Shown piece by piece: positions 24,223 to 35,143 of a stretch of 64,000 nucleotides of DNA. The position numbers and the translations under genes were made by a program. The stretch's first letter is position 1, and every line of letters begins with the position of its first letter. Source of the stretch: Pocillopora damicornis (Eukaryota); the NCBI RefSeq assembly GCF_003704095.1, contig NW_020845264.1:558001-622000 (forward strand), given 5' to 3'. A model generated the notes under the pieces. The model saw only the letters and a list, made by a program, of their open reading frames with translations, made no database searches and had not been told where the DNA came from.

Positions 24223-24840
24223 ATGAGGACAAGCTTTTTGTTGGGTTCTGTGCAAAACAGAACGAATAATCATTTTAAAGAAGCGAGGAACAAAATGTTG
24301 GAGCCTTCAACGGTGAATCAAGCAAAAACTGTTAATCACAAAATATCCAGTTCCTCGAAAAAGCTGTCGAGAGTGAACAGTTTTGCAAAAGAAGAGGACA
24401 TGGAAAGGATTTTGGAGGAGGTTGAGACTGGCAATTTGTACAGCCCCTCGTCTAAAAACGCCAAGAAACGTCCGTCTGTTGTAGACGAAGATTCGCAGCG
24501 TCCAGACGAGGAACTCGAACAGTTTTTTCTGGATGTGGAGAAGAGAAATGCAGAGCTACAAGAATTGCTTCAACTTGTTGAAACCACAAGACAAGAAAAC
24601 GAAGGGCAGATTTCAAGAGAAGCTTCCGCAGGTGTGAGGGGAAGTACGGACTCCCTGGTTGAAAAACTCATGCGTGATTTAGAGAATGTGGGCTGGGAGA
24701 AGAGTAATTTTAACAGCGGAACCGTAGAGAGACCGAAAAGCTCGAGCGAAGCGTGTGATGGAACAAATTGCGCAAAACTCCGAGCCAGCGCATCGGAAGA
24801 AGAACTCGATGAGATGCTAGCAGTGCTCTTGGAATTGTAA
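24223..24840 (+). CDS. Single-exon acidic disordered protein with about five LD-like amphipathic motifs
   Basis: 205-aa ORF with protein-like composition, TAA TAA double stop and AATAAA at 24847-24852. Motifs: DMERILEEVE, ELEQFFLDVE, ELQELLQLVE, LVEKLMRDLE, ELDEMLAVL. Confidence 0.75.
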   Translation: MRTSFLLGSVQNRTNNHFKEARNKMLEPSTVNQAKTVNHKISSSSKKLSRVNSFAKEEDMERILEEVETGNLYSPSSKNAKKRPSVVDEDSQRPDEELEQFFLDVEKRNAELQELLQLVETTRQENEGQISREASAGVRGSTDSLVEKLMRDLENVGWEKSNFNSGTVERPKSSSEACDGTNCAKLRASASEEELDEMLAVLLEL

Positions 24841-26729
24841 TAAGGAAATAAAGACCTAAAAAAGGTTATTGATTAAAGTTCGCAAATTTAATTTTGTCAA
24901 TAAGAAGTTTTAATTATTAAGTTTGAGTTCTTAAGAAGAACATGAACCAGTGTATATTCTAAAGCCATATGACGCGAGATTTAGATGTAAAATCCAACTT
25001 CAATCAAAAAAGAGGTGGTTGAAGGATTTTTTTTCTCTGATTATAAACAAGATTTTTGAATTGTGTTTTTATAAAGTTCCTATGACTACAGCTATCTACT
25101 GCAGTGTCTAACCGCTAAAATTAGGCTTATTGTGTGATATAAGCGGTTCCCCATTTGTTAACATGCCTACTTGCATTGATTTATGTGATTTAAAGCAATC
25201 CAAATCTTACGCTCCCATAAGACAAGTCGAGGTTATTGCCTGTCAAGATTTCTTTTACAACAAAGGAATATTTGATTCTGTTCCCGAGCTGTAGGACTTG
25301 ACAGTTAATGAAAAAACTGAAACTAACTTATATTCAAACTTTTCATGGGGGAATATTAAATATGGAAGATCAACAAACAAATCCTTCGTTTTAAATTGTT
25401 TTGTATGTGAGAAAAATTTGCATGATGAACCCCCAATTTCTTTAATTTGGAAATACTCGAAATCTATTTTTCCGTCTCTTTAGTTCACTTAAATTCATTG
25501 TAGCTATGGTAATCATCCATGCTTGTCAAACCTTTTTCACCATTGACAACACATTAGTCGTTGACCAAAGACTTCATTTAGAATAAATTTTTTCCAAACC
25601 CATAAGCGCTCCAGCTAATTTAACGATTAGTCAAAAAACACTTCAATAAAAAAAATTTATGTGATCACACAATGATGAATATTTTATTGATTTTCTGTAT
25701 AAGGTGTAGAAATACATGCACTGATTAAAATTAATTATCGATCACTTTTAGGGCGATTATATTTGAAGAAATCACATGCTAACCAACATGACACGAAGTA
25801 AAATCTGAGTTACAAGGTCAGGTTTCATAGCCAGCTTACAAGTAGCAAGGCTGGCTTCCACGCGCCCAGATAACCGTTTATTTAAGCGACCCTGGACCTG
25901 CATGATTTACATGATCATTACATTACCACATGCATTATACATATCCCATTTTCTATCTACAATTTTTGATAACAGATAGAGCAGCATCAACCGCTCTATA
26001 TGACTGTTTTTGAAATCTTTATACATCATCCTTTTTCGAATTCCAGTCAGAAATTATGACAGGAACATCGGGATAGAAATACAAGAGTCTTTTTTTACGA
26101 TACTCGCTTAGGTAAGTTACAATACTTTAATTACTCAAAATAGTACAAAGGTGCCACTGATATATTGCTTTATCACATTTGAGGGTACTTGCACTCAAAA
26201 AGCTCCACCACAACATTTTACAGAATTTATTATGATTACTAGCTATTTAGACTCCAGCCACTTTGTCCCACCAAGCCTTAACAAACACATAATGTTGTCC
26301 ACTATAGCGCTGGGAATGTAATTGGAATTCGATGTTTGAGTAATGACAAAACTTATTTCTTACTGTACACAGTTAATCTAGCCTAGAAGTCCCCATTAAT
26401 TTGGCAGATAAACTTGAAAATTTATGTTTTTTCTTCGGTCAAAATGAAGCATATCGGTTGGGTTTAACGGCTCTTTCGATCTCCGAAAACAGGGCTTTTC
26501 CAAAGTGGTATCGAAAGAGAAGATAAAAACTGAGAGAAGTGACTATTAATTGACTTCTGCCGTGGTCACCTTGGTACTAATGTTGGAGCTTGCTGGAACA
26601 TTAATCAACAGTCGGGAAAAGTTTTGTTCCTAAATTGATCCCACTGGATTACTGTGTATGGTTACTGTGTACTGAAATTGACTTGAAGGTTATGATGGAT
26701 CGTTACCGGAGCGGTTGGAGCGATGAGAG

Positions 26730-27791
26730 TCAATTTTTCCATAAGGAGGCTTTAGCGGCTTTCTTGAAAAATAGCCCCTTAATAAATGCACGAAAATCTT
26801 TCATTTGAATGAGATATATGATAACGTTAAGAATGCTGTGCGAGAAAATCAGCCCAGAAAAAAAGCATCTTGTGATAAATTGTGCTCTAAAATCTGGAGG
26901 ATCTTTCGCCATTGAAGTAGCATATATGGCGTAATAATAAACCCCTGAATTTGAAACGATAAATGACAGTGTAATGGCAACAAGGAGATATGTTCCTCGA
27001 ATTGTAGCAGCCTTTAAGCCCTCTCTTATGGCGTTACTTGACTGTATATCTACTTTTCTTTTCTGCCTGCCCCACATAGTTATTGCAATGGAAATATTGA
27101 AATAAATTAAGATCAAAGAGGGAATAAGGTACTGTATTACTCCATGACTTGCGCAAATTATCTGAAACACTCGGTAACTAATATCAGGTTTACACATGAC
27201 TGTGTAATGTGTATCATCCAGATCATAAGGTATTCCATCCACTGCTGCAGCGGGGCCTAATACATGAATAAGACCTACTATCCATGCGGCCCATATTAGC
27301 TTGCGAACACGAGCAACACTAAAGGTAAGAGGAACTTTACGAGTCGCAAAATACCTCTCCATACTTATTACTATAAGATTATTTATTGTAACAGTAGGAA
27401 ACAGGATGTTGAAATACCGAACTAGTTTGCAAGCCCAGGTGTGCCTTTGAAATACGTCTACCGTTATCTGAATACAAAATAATGGGATAGATATCATGGA
27501 ACAAAGAATTTCCGAAAGAGCTAAACTTTTTATGTACAGATTTAAATTTCTTACAAAAGCGCTTTTTTGCAGAAACCCGACGGCTTTCTTTCTTTTTGAA
27601 ATAAAATAATATATAAGGCTGTTACCAACGAATCCTACGACTCCAAAATTTGCCAAAAATAAGACTGCAACTAGTTTGGTGGTGAAGCCTGCTGGTAAAA
27701 ACACATAGATTCGTCCTGTTGTGTTTGAGCCATTTAGGAAGCCCGACGATCGGGTTGTGAGGTTTGACAGCTGGTGAGATCCTTCAAGCAT
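26730..27791 (-). CDS. Single-exon class A GPCR, GPR19-like
   Basis: 353 aa with seven hydrophobic segments, N-terminal NxS/T sites, TM1 GN, TM3 CKLVRYFNILFPTV...ISMERY and TM4 W. TM3 resembles the GPR19 pattern CKVVRYF..L.P.V as I recall it. Confidence 0.85.
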   Translation of the reverse strand: MLEGSHQLSNLTTRSSGFLNGSNTTGRIYVFLPAGFTTKLVAVLFLANFGVVGFVGNSLIYYFISKRKKAVGFLQKSAFVRNLNLYIKSLALSEILCSMISIPLFCIQITVDVFQRHTWACKLVRYFNILFPTVTINNLIVISMERYFATRKVPLTFSVARVRKLIWAAWIVGLIHVLGPAAAVDGIPYDLDDTHYTVMCKPDISYRVFQIICASHGVIQYLIPSLILIYFNISIAITMWGRQKRKVDIQSSNAIREGLKAATIRGTYLLVAITLSFIVSNSGVYYYAIYATSMAKDPPDFRAQFITRCFFSGLIFSHSILNVIIYLIQMKDFRAFIKGLFFKKAAKASLWKN

Positions 27792-30700
27792 GACGCCACA
27801 ATCTGTTGGATTAGCACATGAAATTTGATTGAATGAGTTTTAAAGTCGTAAGTAAATCATTTTTAGACTAGAACGCGCATCGTAAAAAAAAAACCGTAAG
27901 GCAGTAAAGATAAGAAATGTAACGCCACGCAGTTGGCACAGGTCATTTTTTCAACTCGTGTATTGCGCTTTGTGTCGTAGGTTTGTTTGCATGGGTGTAT
28001 AGATATATATACCTGTGGCACGTTACATGTTATTCTTGGTTGGGAAGTTATCAGTGCGCTCACGTACAGTATTAATATTCTAAATTACCTGACTAACTTT
28101 TTTCTTGTAGATTTAAGGTAATGTGGTAGAGTGTGAGGCATCCTCTTTGTGGGAATCGCAGGGTTTCATTTTTCGAAAACTTCACCATGTAAAACCTTTA
28201 AGATTTCTTCCAGTGAACCCTCTAAAAGATATGCCTGGCCTGAAACAATTAGAGTTTTGACCTGCGGAAGACCAGAAATAATATCAACACACCGACTAAA
28301 AAAGTTATGGTCGGTAGCGCCGAGATTCTATACAATCATATTTGAGGCTTGTTTCATCTTCAGTAATGTTTTTCTGTTCTCTCTTTGAACACCTCATGTG
28401 TCATTTACCTTGTTGAGAGAGTTGGCTGACTCAAACTATTTCAAAACGCTCATCAAGAAAAATCGAGTGATAGAATATTTTGAAATTAAAAAATAATGTT
28501 ATCATTTCATGATTTCCGTTTTATTCTCTGCCTTCTCTAATTCTTAAGTTGCTCTCGATACGGACATATCTATATTTTATGTGTTTGTTCTGAAGCCTTA
28601 TTAAAGAAGTATATACGACATTCAAGTTAGGGTTCTATTCAATCTCCTCAACGAGGCGATCCATATTAGTTTTGACTAAGAAATTTCGGAGAACGACAGA
28701 AAGGCGTTAGCACGAGACTATTCACTTGTTCCGAAAGTTCAGTTCGTTTTTTTTTTTTTTCATTCATTACTGCATTTGAAATTAGGTGTTGGGAAAGTTC
28801 CGTTTCTTGTCGGTTTTCTCATTAGAGAGGAAAAGAGACGACGCCCTATCAGAAGGACGATTTGAAACGTTTGGTATGTTGATTTTCTCCTTATGGTCCG
28901 CCCACCAGAGAGATTGTCCGTGTTCCATGAGAACACAAGAACGTTGAGTCTTGTATATGATTTTGCCCTCCATTAATTTTATCTTTCTAGATAACGGTAG
29001 TACATTGTAACTCGTTTCAGTTCAGAACTTTTTAAATGCATTTATTGTGTTAAGTTACGAATATAAAATATTGCTATAATGCACCGGATTCAATTTGTCG
29101 ATCAGCCGAACTAAAAATGAATTTCCGAATTTGAGATGAAATTTAAAAAAAAAGTTATGAAAACGTTTAATGTTCAATAATTGGGTTTTTTGCACAAATT
29201 TATCTTAATACCAAAAGAAATTAAGACCAAAAAGATCAAAAGAAATGTTAACGTAGACAGAAATTTTCTTGAGCTTACCTTCTGAAAAAGACACCAGGTT
29301 TACGCGCACAGGCTTGAAGTGGTCTCCTCGAGCTCGAAACGAATATAACTTGTAACATTTGACTGATATGTCCCATGTGTTCCAAAATGTCCGGTGTATA
29401 TATTCAGTTTGCGAGTCATTGTTGCTCAAGCCATTTATTTCTCCGTCAGCAGCGGATCGAATTTTTTTTTCTTAAAAAACAACTTTACGGCCTAATTGGG
29501 ATAAATTTGCTCATTTTAAACCGGTGTTGTTACTACCGGTATTTTGAAAGAAGACTGAAAAACTTCCGTAATGAAACAACTCTCAAGTTTTGTTTTTTTC
29601 CTCAATTAATTTTCTGATAACATCAAGTAAACTGATGGTGGATGCTATTTACATAAAAAACATTTGCTGCGATTCCACGCACTATGAGCTGGACACATGG
29701 ACAGTGTGAAGGCTGCATGTTTAGTATTATCAACTGAGTTGAAGGCTGTTTGGCTCATGTGGTGTCACGTTTTCATCCAGCACTTGCAAATAGCAAGGAC
29801 TGCATACACCTAAGACACTTACGACAATTTTCTAATAAATATTCACACGAAAAAGTTCATATTTGTCATTGTAATTGCGGGCTCATGCAATTTTGTTAGT
29901 CTACATGAAAAAAAGGCCAGACAATGAATTAGAACGCCTGAGATTTCGACAGCGTTTTCTTTAATTTCGTGTGAGATTATTTCAGCTGGTTTGTTGAAGC
30001 AGATTACGTTTGGTAGTTTCAAACTTTTGCAACGCTATCATTTTAAAGTTATTATGATGTACATCTGGAAATAGCCCATTTAGTAATTTGCACTCGTATA
30101 ACATGAGAACTGCACTCCTTGCTAGCCAATCAGAACTGTTTTCATGTATGTTATGTAAGTAATAATTGGAAAGAGTCATTTGCAAAAAAAAAATTGTGGG
30201 TAATTGAAGAGGTCCGGCGCACACCACTCCATTTGATCATAGTCGTGGACAGTACAAGTGCTAGGTTCAATATATTTAAACACAGCGGTTCTGAGTGGAG
30301 TGTGCCTTTGTTGTTAGTTAAGACAAAAAAAAATATCTAAGTTACACATATAGCTGGAAAGCAGAAATAAAAAGAGATAAGATCGAGTATTAACTGCACC
30401 GTCATGCAATAAACGTTTTTACAGCTTAGAGCAACGAATATTTCCCTGATGGAAAATTTAGTTGCAGTCACGTGTTAGTTGTACACGTGACGTTTCATTC
30501 TTTTCCAAGTTTTCTTATTTAAGTTTTTCTCTGTACAGTGTTTTTTTACATTCTCTGAGTGATGTTTAAACACTGCTGTAACAGATGGCAAAGTTACCTA
30601 GGGCCATCCTCAATCCTTACGTGTCAGTTTACCTAAAAGATTTTCTGTCGTCTGTTTTTCCATGGATTAGTATTCGAATGAGTATCTCCAAACTTATGTT

Positions 30701-31654
30701 GGGTCTCAACGCACGCAAATTTTTTTTCGCTTACTGCACTAAGCTTGTGAAATGCGATCAAGATTCCGTTCAACTACCAACTCAGAAATTCTCAAATATT
30801 TAAAAAAAGATTTTCAGTCATGCCTTGGTGATTTATTGATACTAAAAACAGAAAAATTTAAAAAAGGCAAGCTGTTCAGTTTGAAAACAATGCTAAGTCT
30901 ATAGCAAGGCATACTAAAGGCGAAAAACTTTCTAATCAACCCAGCTAAGTCTCTGGCATTAAGGAAAATGAAGGATATAAAATACCTGGGAGCGATTGGT
31001 TACTCCGTAAGAAAAGATAGACAGTTGACGAATTATTGCGAGCAGTCGGTTAAATTATATGTCTTAGTGCGGAAATGAAAAAGTAAAGAAATTATCACAA
31101 TAGGCCCTTCCTTTCACTGCTGTCTTAATACGGCAGCTGAAGAAATCCCAAAAGAGTCGAACCACTGATTTGTATACAATGTTTTCAGAAAAAAGTATCG
31201 ACATAAACATGACAAGTCGACAAGTGAGAAATTTCAGGAAATGGAAGAAAACAAGCTTGGAAAAATTCAGGCTCAGTCGCAAGGAAAATGGGAGGGACTG
31301 AGAAATTCTTTCGCTTTTCACACCCCACAATATGGGATCCTTTCTAAACTGCTGCGTGTTGACTGTCCTCGGTTAATATATGGTATCCTCAATCACTTTC
31401 GACCAAAATATGCAAAAAGTTCTCTAGTATTTCGATCTGACTTCACGAAGAAAATTACATAACAAGAAGAAAATTACATAACAGCGAAAGCTAAAAGTGC
31501 TGTGCGCACAAAGTTTACGGGCGCTTTCTTTCATTCGGATAACATCTGCCTCACAAGTTGACAACTGGCAGTAGATTTGGTTTTTATGAGAGACCTAGCT
31601 TATCAACACGCAGTAATGGTTAGGAATAAACGAGAATAAAAAATTATCTTCCTC

Positions 31655-31865
31655 TTAACCCTTCACACCCTAACATCAGTAAGCATATTCTCCATACTTT
31701 TCTCCATGCATTTCCTCGGGTGCTGCAAGGAGAATTTGTTTAACAATCAAGAGCTTCTTTAGTTGGTAATCATTTCATTCGTTCTCATGACCTTACTGTG
31801 TGATTCAGGTGTGACGTTGTAAGGAGAAATTAGATGCTAATCACTCTTAGGGGTCAAACGGTCAA
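31655..31865 (+). mobile_element. TTAA-CCC-ended MITE, copy 2
   Basis: Begins ttaaccct and ends ggggtcaaacggtcaa (decayed gggttaa). Matches 8768-8982 and 41177-41365. Confidence 0.8.
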
Positions 31866-33027
31866 AAGTGAAAAAAAAACTCTCCTTTTCGGTGAAATAT
31901 CAAACTCAGCCTCCTCATTTCGAACAACGAAAAATTATTTTCGTATTTTTTTGGAAAATCCACCCACCATGGCGGGATATTTAATGTATGGTTTCCATTT
32001 GCAGTCGAACAAAAAAATAAACGAACGAAATTTATTCGCGAGACAGTTTTGTCCGTGGAATATTTAACTGACAGAGAGATTCCTTATTGCGAGAGTTCAG
32101 TCCCGTAAAAAGTTTGCTTGGGTGTTCAAATGATTTCCCATGCATTTGGGAATAAGCACGATTAACAATTGTATCCCATACGAACAAAATGGCGAATTGT
32201 AGTATTCGAAAAATTGAGGACTGTTTATTAACTCTGAATTGCACGAGAAACTATTTCATCACTGGTTATAAATGTACATTGTTATTTTAGTTTTTATTTA
32301 TTTCAATGTTTTTCACTAACGATCAATTTTAAATCCATACTTTTCGCACTGTGTGGAATAAGTCGACGAACTCTCGGCCAATAAGCAGGCAGAAAGTCTT
32401 GCACGTGTACTGCAACAAATTGTTACAGTAAACAATTAATAATAATAATAAATAAGCAATAAATGAGAATCATGCAATCAAATCTGAAGTTGTTGAAATA
32501 CAGTCGCGATATTTCAGATCCTGAGTTCATGAATTCAAAGTCGAGTGCTTGGAAAGTTTCTAAATATGATTAATTCCAGCTGTTTTGAGTTTGTTCAAGT
32601 TTTACGATTGATTATGAAAAATGTTCTCTTTGGTTGAAACAAATAACGTGAAAAGGTGAAAATACAAGAAACCTGTTATCCGCCTGAGAAGTTCAATAGT
32701 TCAAATGTAACAAATTTTACTGCTGAAAATCTGAAGGAAACAAAATGGAGGAAAGAAAAATACCGTTATAATTGAAACTGCTAAAATGACAGGTTGTGAA
32801 ACAGCAGTCATTCTATAGACAGTATAATGATTCATTCAGTTTAAGGCCTATTCCCTGATCAGCCTGATCTTATTTACAACTTCTAGACTGACTGAGACAG
32901 CTTTCAAATGAAGTATTATTATTTGGCCAGCTATGACAGCACCAGCCAATCGCTGGCAGTATTCCTCTAAATTCGTAAAATTGCAGCAATTAGTTGAGTT
33001 GTTCTCCAATTTTTTCTTCTGAGAAAA

Positions 33028-34005
33028 TCATTTCTCGCAAACAGATGTAGTAGCCGACAACCCATCTGAAAAGTCTTCCTCTGTAATTTCCATTCTGTAA
33101 ACCCACGCAAAAATCTCAGATATAACATTTTCCTCAGAATCAGCAGAAATATCGGATTCTCTGAGTAGATATTTATCGTGGTTTCCATTGCCAAAAAATT
33201 TAATTTCGTCCAGCTCATCCCTCGCTGAAGCAAAAGGCATCAAAATTTCTGATGGGAAGTTTCGTGTGATTTCTGTGACGTAAATCGGCTGCAACACTTC
33301 TCGTGCAGATGGAAGGCACAGTTCTTGATCGCTTCTCAAATGTTTGTCAGCTCTGGTCAGAAAATTCTTTCCTGGTAAAAATCGCTTGAAGTTCGTTTTG
33401 CATCTGAGCCGTGAGAAACAAAATGTTCCGTTATCGCATCTTCTCAACTTGAAATTCTTACACATCATCGCGAGAAGCAGCTTGTGAAAGATTTTTACAA
33501 GTCCTGTGATGAAGGAATCAAGAAATAATTATACACTTTAGAGTCAGCTTGTAACAGCTGTGTCAGTCGGCGGTAGTTATACTATAGGGAAATGATTGGC
33601 CGAGAAATGACATTTGTTATTGGGTTTCAAATTCAATATTCTATTTTAAAACCTGAGTCACAATTGTTTTTGGAATGGAGACATTTGAAAAGTTCTGGTA
33701 TCTTATACGCATCTACCGCAGAAATATAAAAAGCCCTACATACATCAACATCAACAAAAAGCCGAAATGACATCCGCACATTTTTACAGCAACTGACATA
33801 TCAGTGATTAAGGATTAAAAGCTCTCGCTGCTTCTTCTCGCACTGACATACAAAGGTGAAGAAACAAACCACTTTCAAGCTACGAAGTAAACAAAGTTGT
33901 AATAAAACTACGTGGAAACTACGAGTTAAAAACTACGAGTTGGAAACTGTGAGTTTGTGACTATGAAACTACGAGTTAAGAATACTAACCTGCTGCACGA
34001 GCCAT
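33028..34005 (-). CDS. Hypothetical two-exon protein (about 163 aa), basic/Cys N-half and acidic C-half
   Basis: Exon 1 34005-33990 (ATG GCT CGT GCA GCA G|gttagt) joins acceptor catcacag|GA at 33503, in frame with ORF 33028-33468. Confidence 0.55.
33905..33978 (+). repeat. Short imperfect tandem repeat AAACTACGAGTT (about 5 units)
   Basis: aaaactacgtgg aaactacgagtta aaaactacgagttgg aaactgtgagttt ... aaactacgagtta. Confidence 0.7.
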
Positions 34006-35143
34006 TCCTTCAACGAAAGTTCAAAGAGTTCTTAATTGGAGACAAAATATTTTAGCTTAACCGAGAGAATATTTTCGGTCTATACGCTACAATAATCTCT
34101 CACTTTTGTTGGAGTAACTCTATCTTTTGAAATCACTGTCACAGCGAACAGAGGAAATTCACATCCTTTCGCATTTATTCAAAGTAGACTTTGTCAAACA
34201 CGTATGTAAAATGTTTCTCCGAATGATTTAATATCAGATGCCACAATGAAATTTGGCAGCCAATGAAAATGAGAAAGTGCTTATCCTTCGCCTTCAAATT
34301 ATTGACCACAAACCTCAACGAGTTTTAACGTCCTTAGATCTCAACCATTTGACGTCATTTCGACTGAGTCGTGCATTAGGAAAAATAGCTGACAAAATTA
34401 TAAATTGTGCCGACATATATCATTCTTAAAAGAAATATGTCAAATATTTTTCACCTATGGGCATCGGGAAAGCAAACTGACATTAAAAAAAAACCCTCCG
34501 TAAAACCTCCTTATACAATTAATCCAGAAGCTCAGAGAATGTTCAATTACCTCCCAACTACGTGCAGTGTGAAAGCTATGTTTTTTAGCATAAATTCCGA
34601 GACGTTGTTTCATAAACAATTTATGAAAACACAATTGGAGTTAAGATTATTAAAACTCGTTTACAAACAACAGAAGTTTACTTTGACTGCCCGGAGTTTT
34701 AAAACAAAACTTTTGAAATGTTAATAGAATTTTCCCAGCTGGTTCACTAAAACTAAACATGCTAAATGTTCCTGTAAAACCTATCAATGGCTTTAAGGTA
34801 AAGGCAGCTTATACATATAAAAAGTTTTAGTTCCACCACATTCCCGCTGCAGTACTGGTTTGGTAAAGTTCTCTCATGTTGATAAAACGTTGAAGGATAT
34901 CCTGAATTTCTCACTCGGCGGCGTCTGATTCAAACCCTTGTTATTTTCTCTCCTTGAATTGATTGCAAATGAATCACTGACTCGAAGGAATCAGTATTCA
35001 TGGTGAATGCTTGTACATTAACAGCCTTCTGAGCTGACTTGACGAATATTTTTGCAATATTGTCAACAGTTCACTTGGTCATTATTCAACAAGCTCCTAA
35101 AAGGCTTTTTGCTTCACGGCTATCGATTGTGAAAGTAACACCG

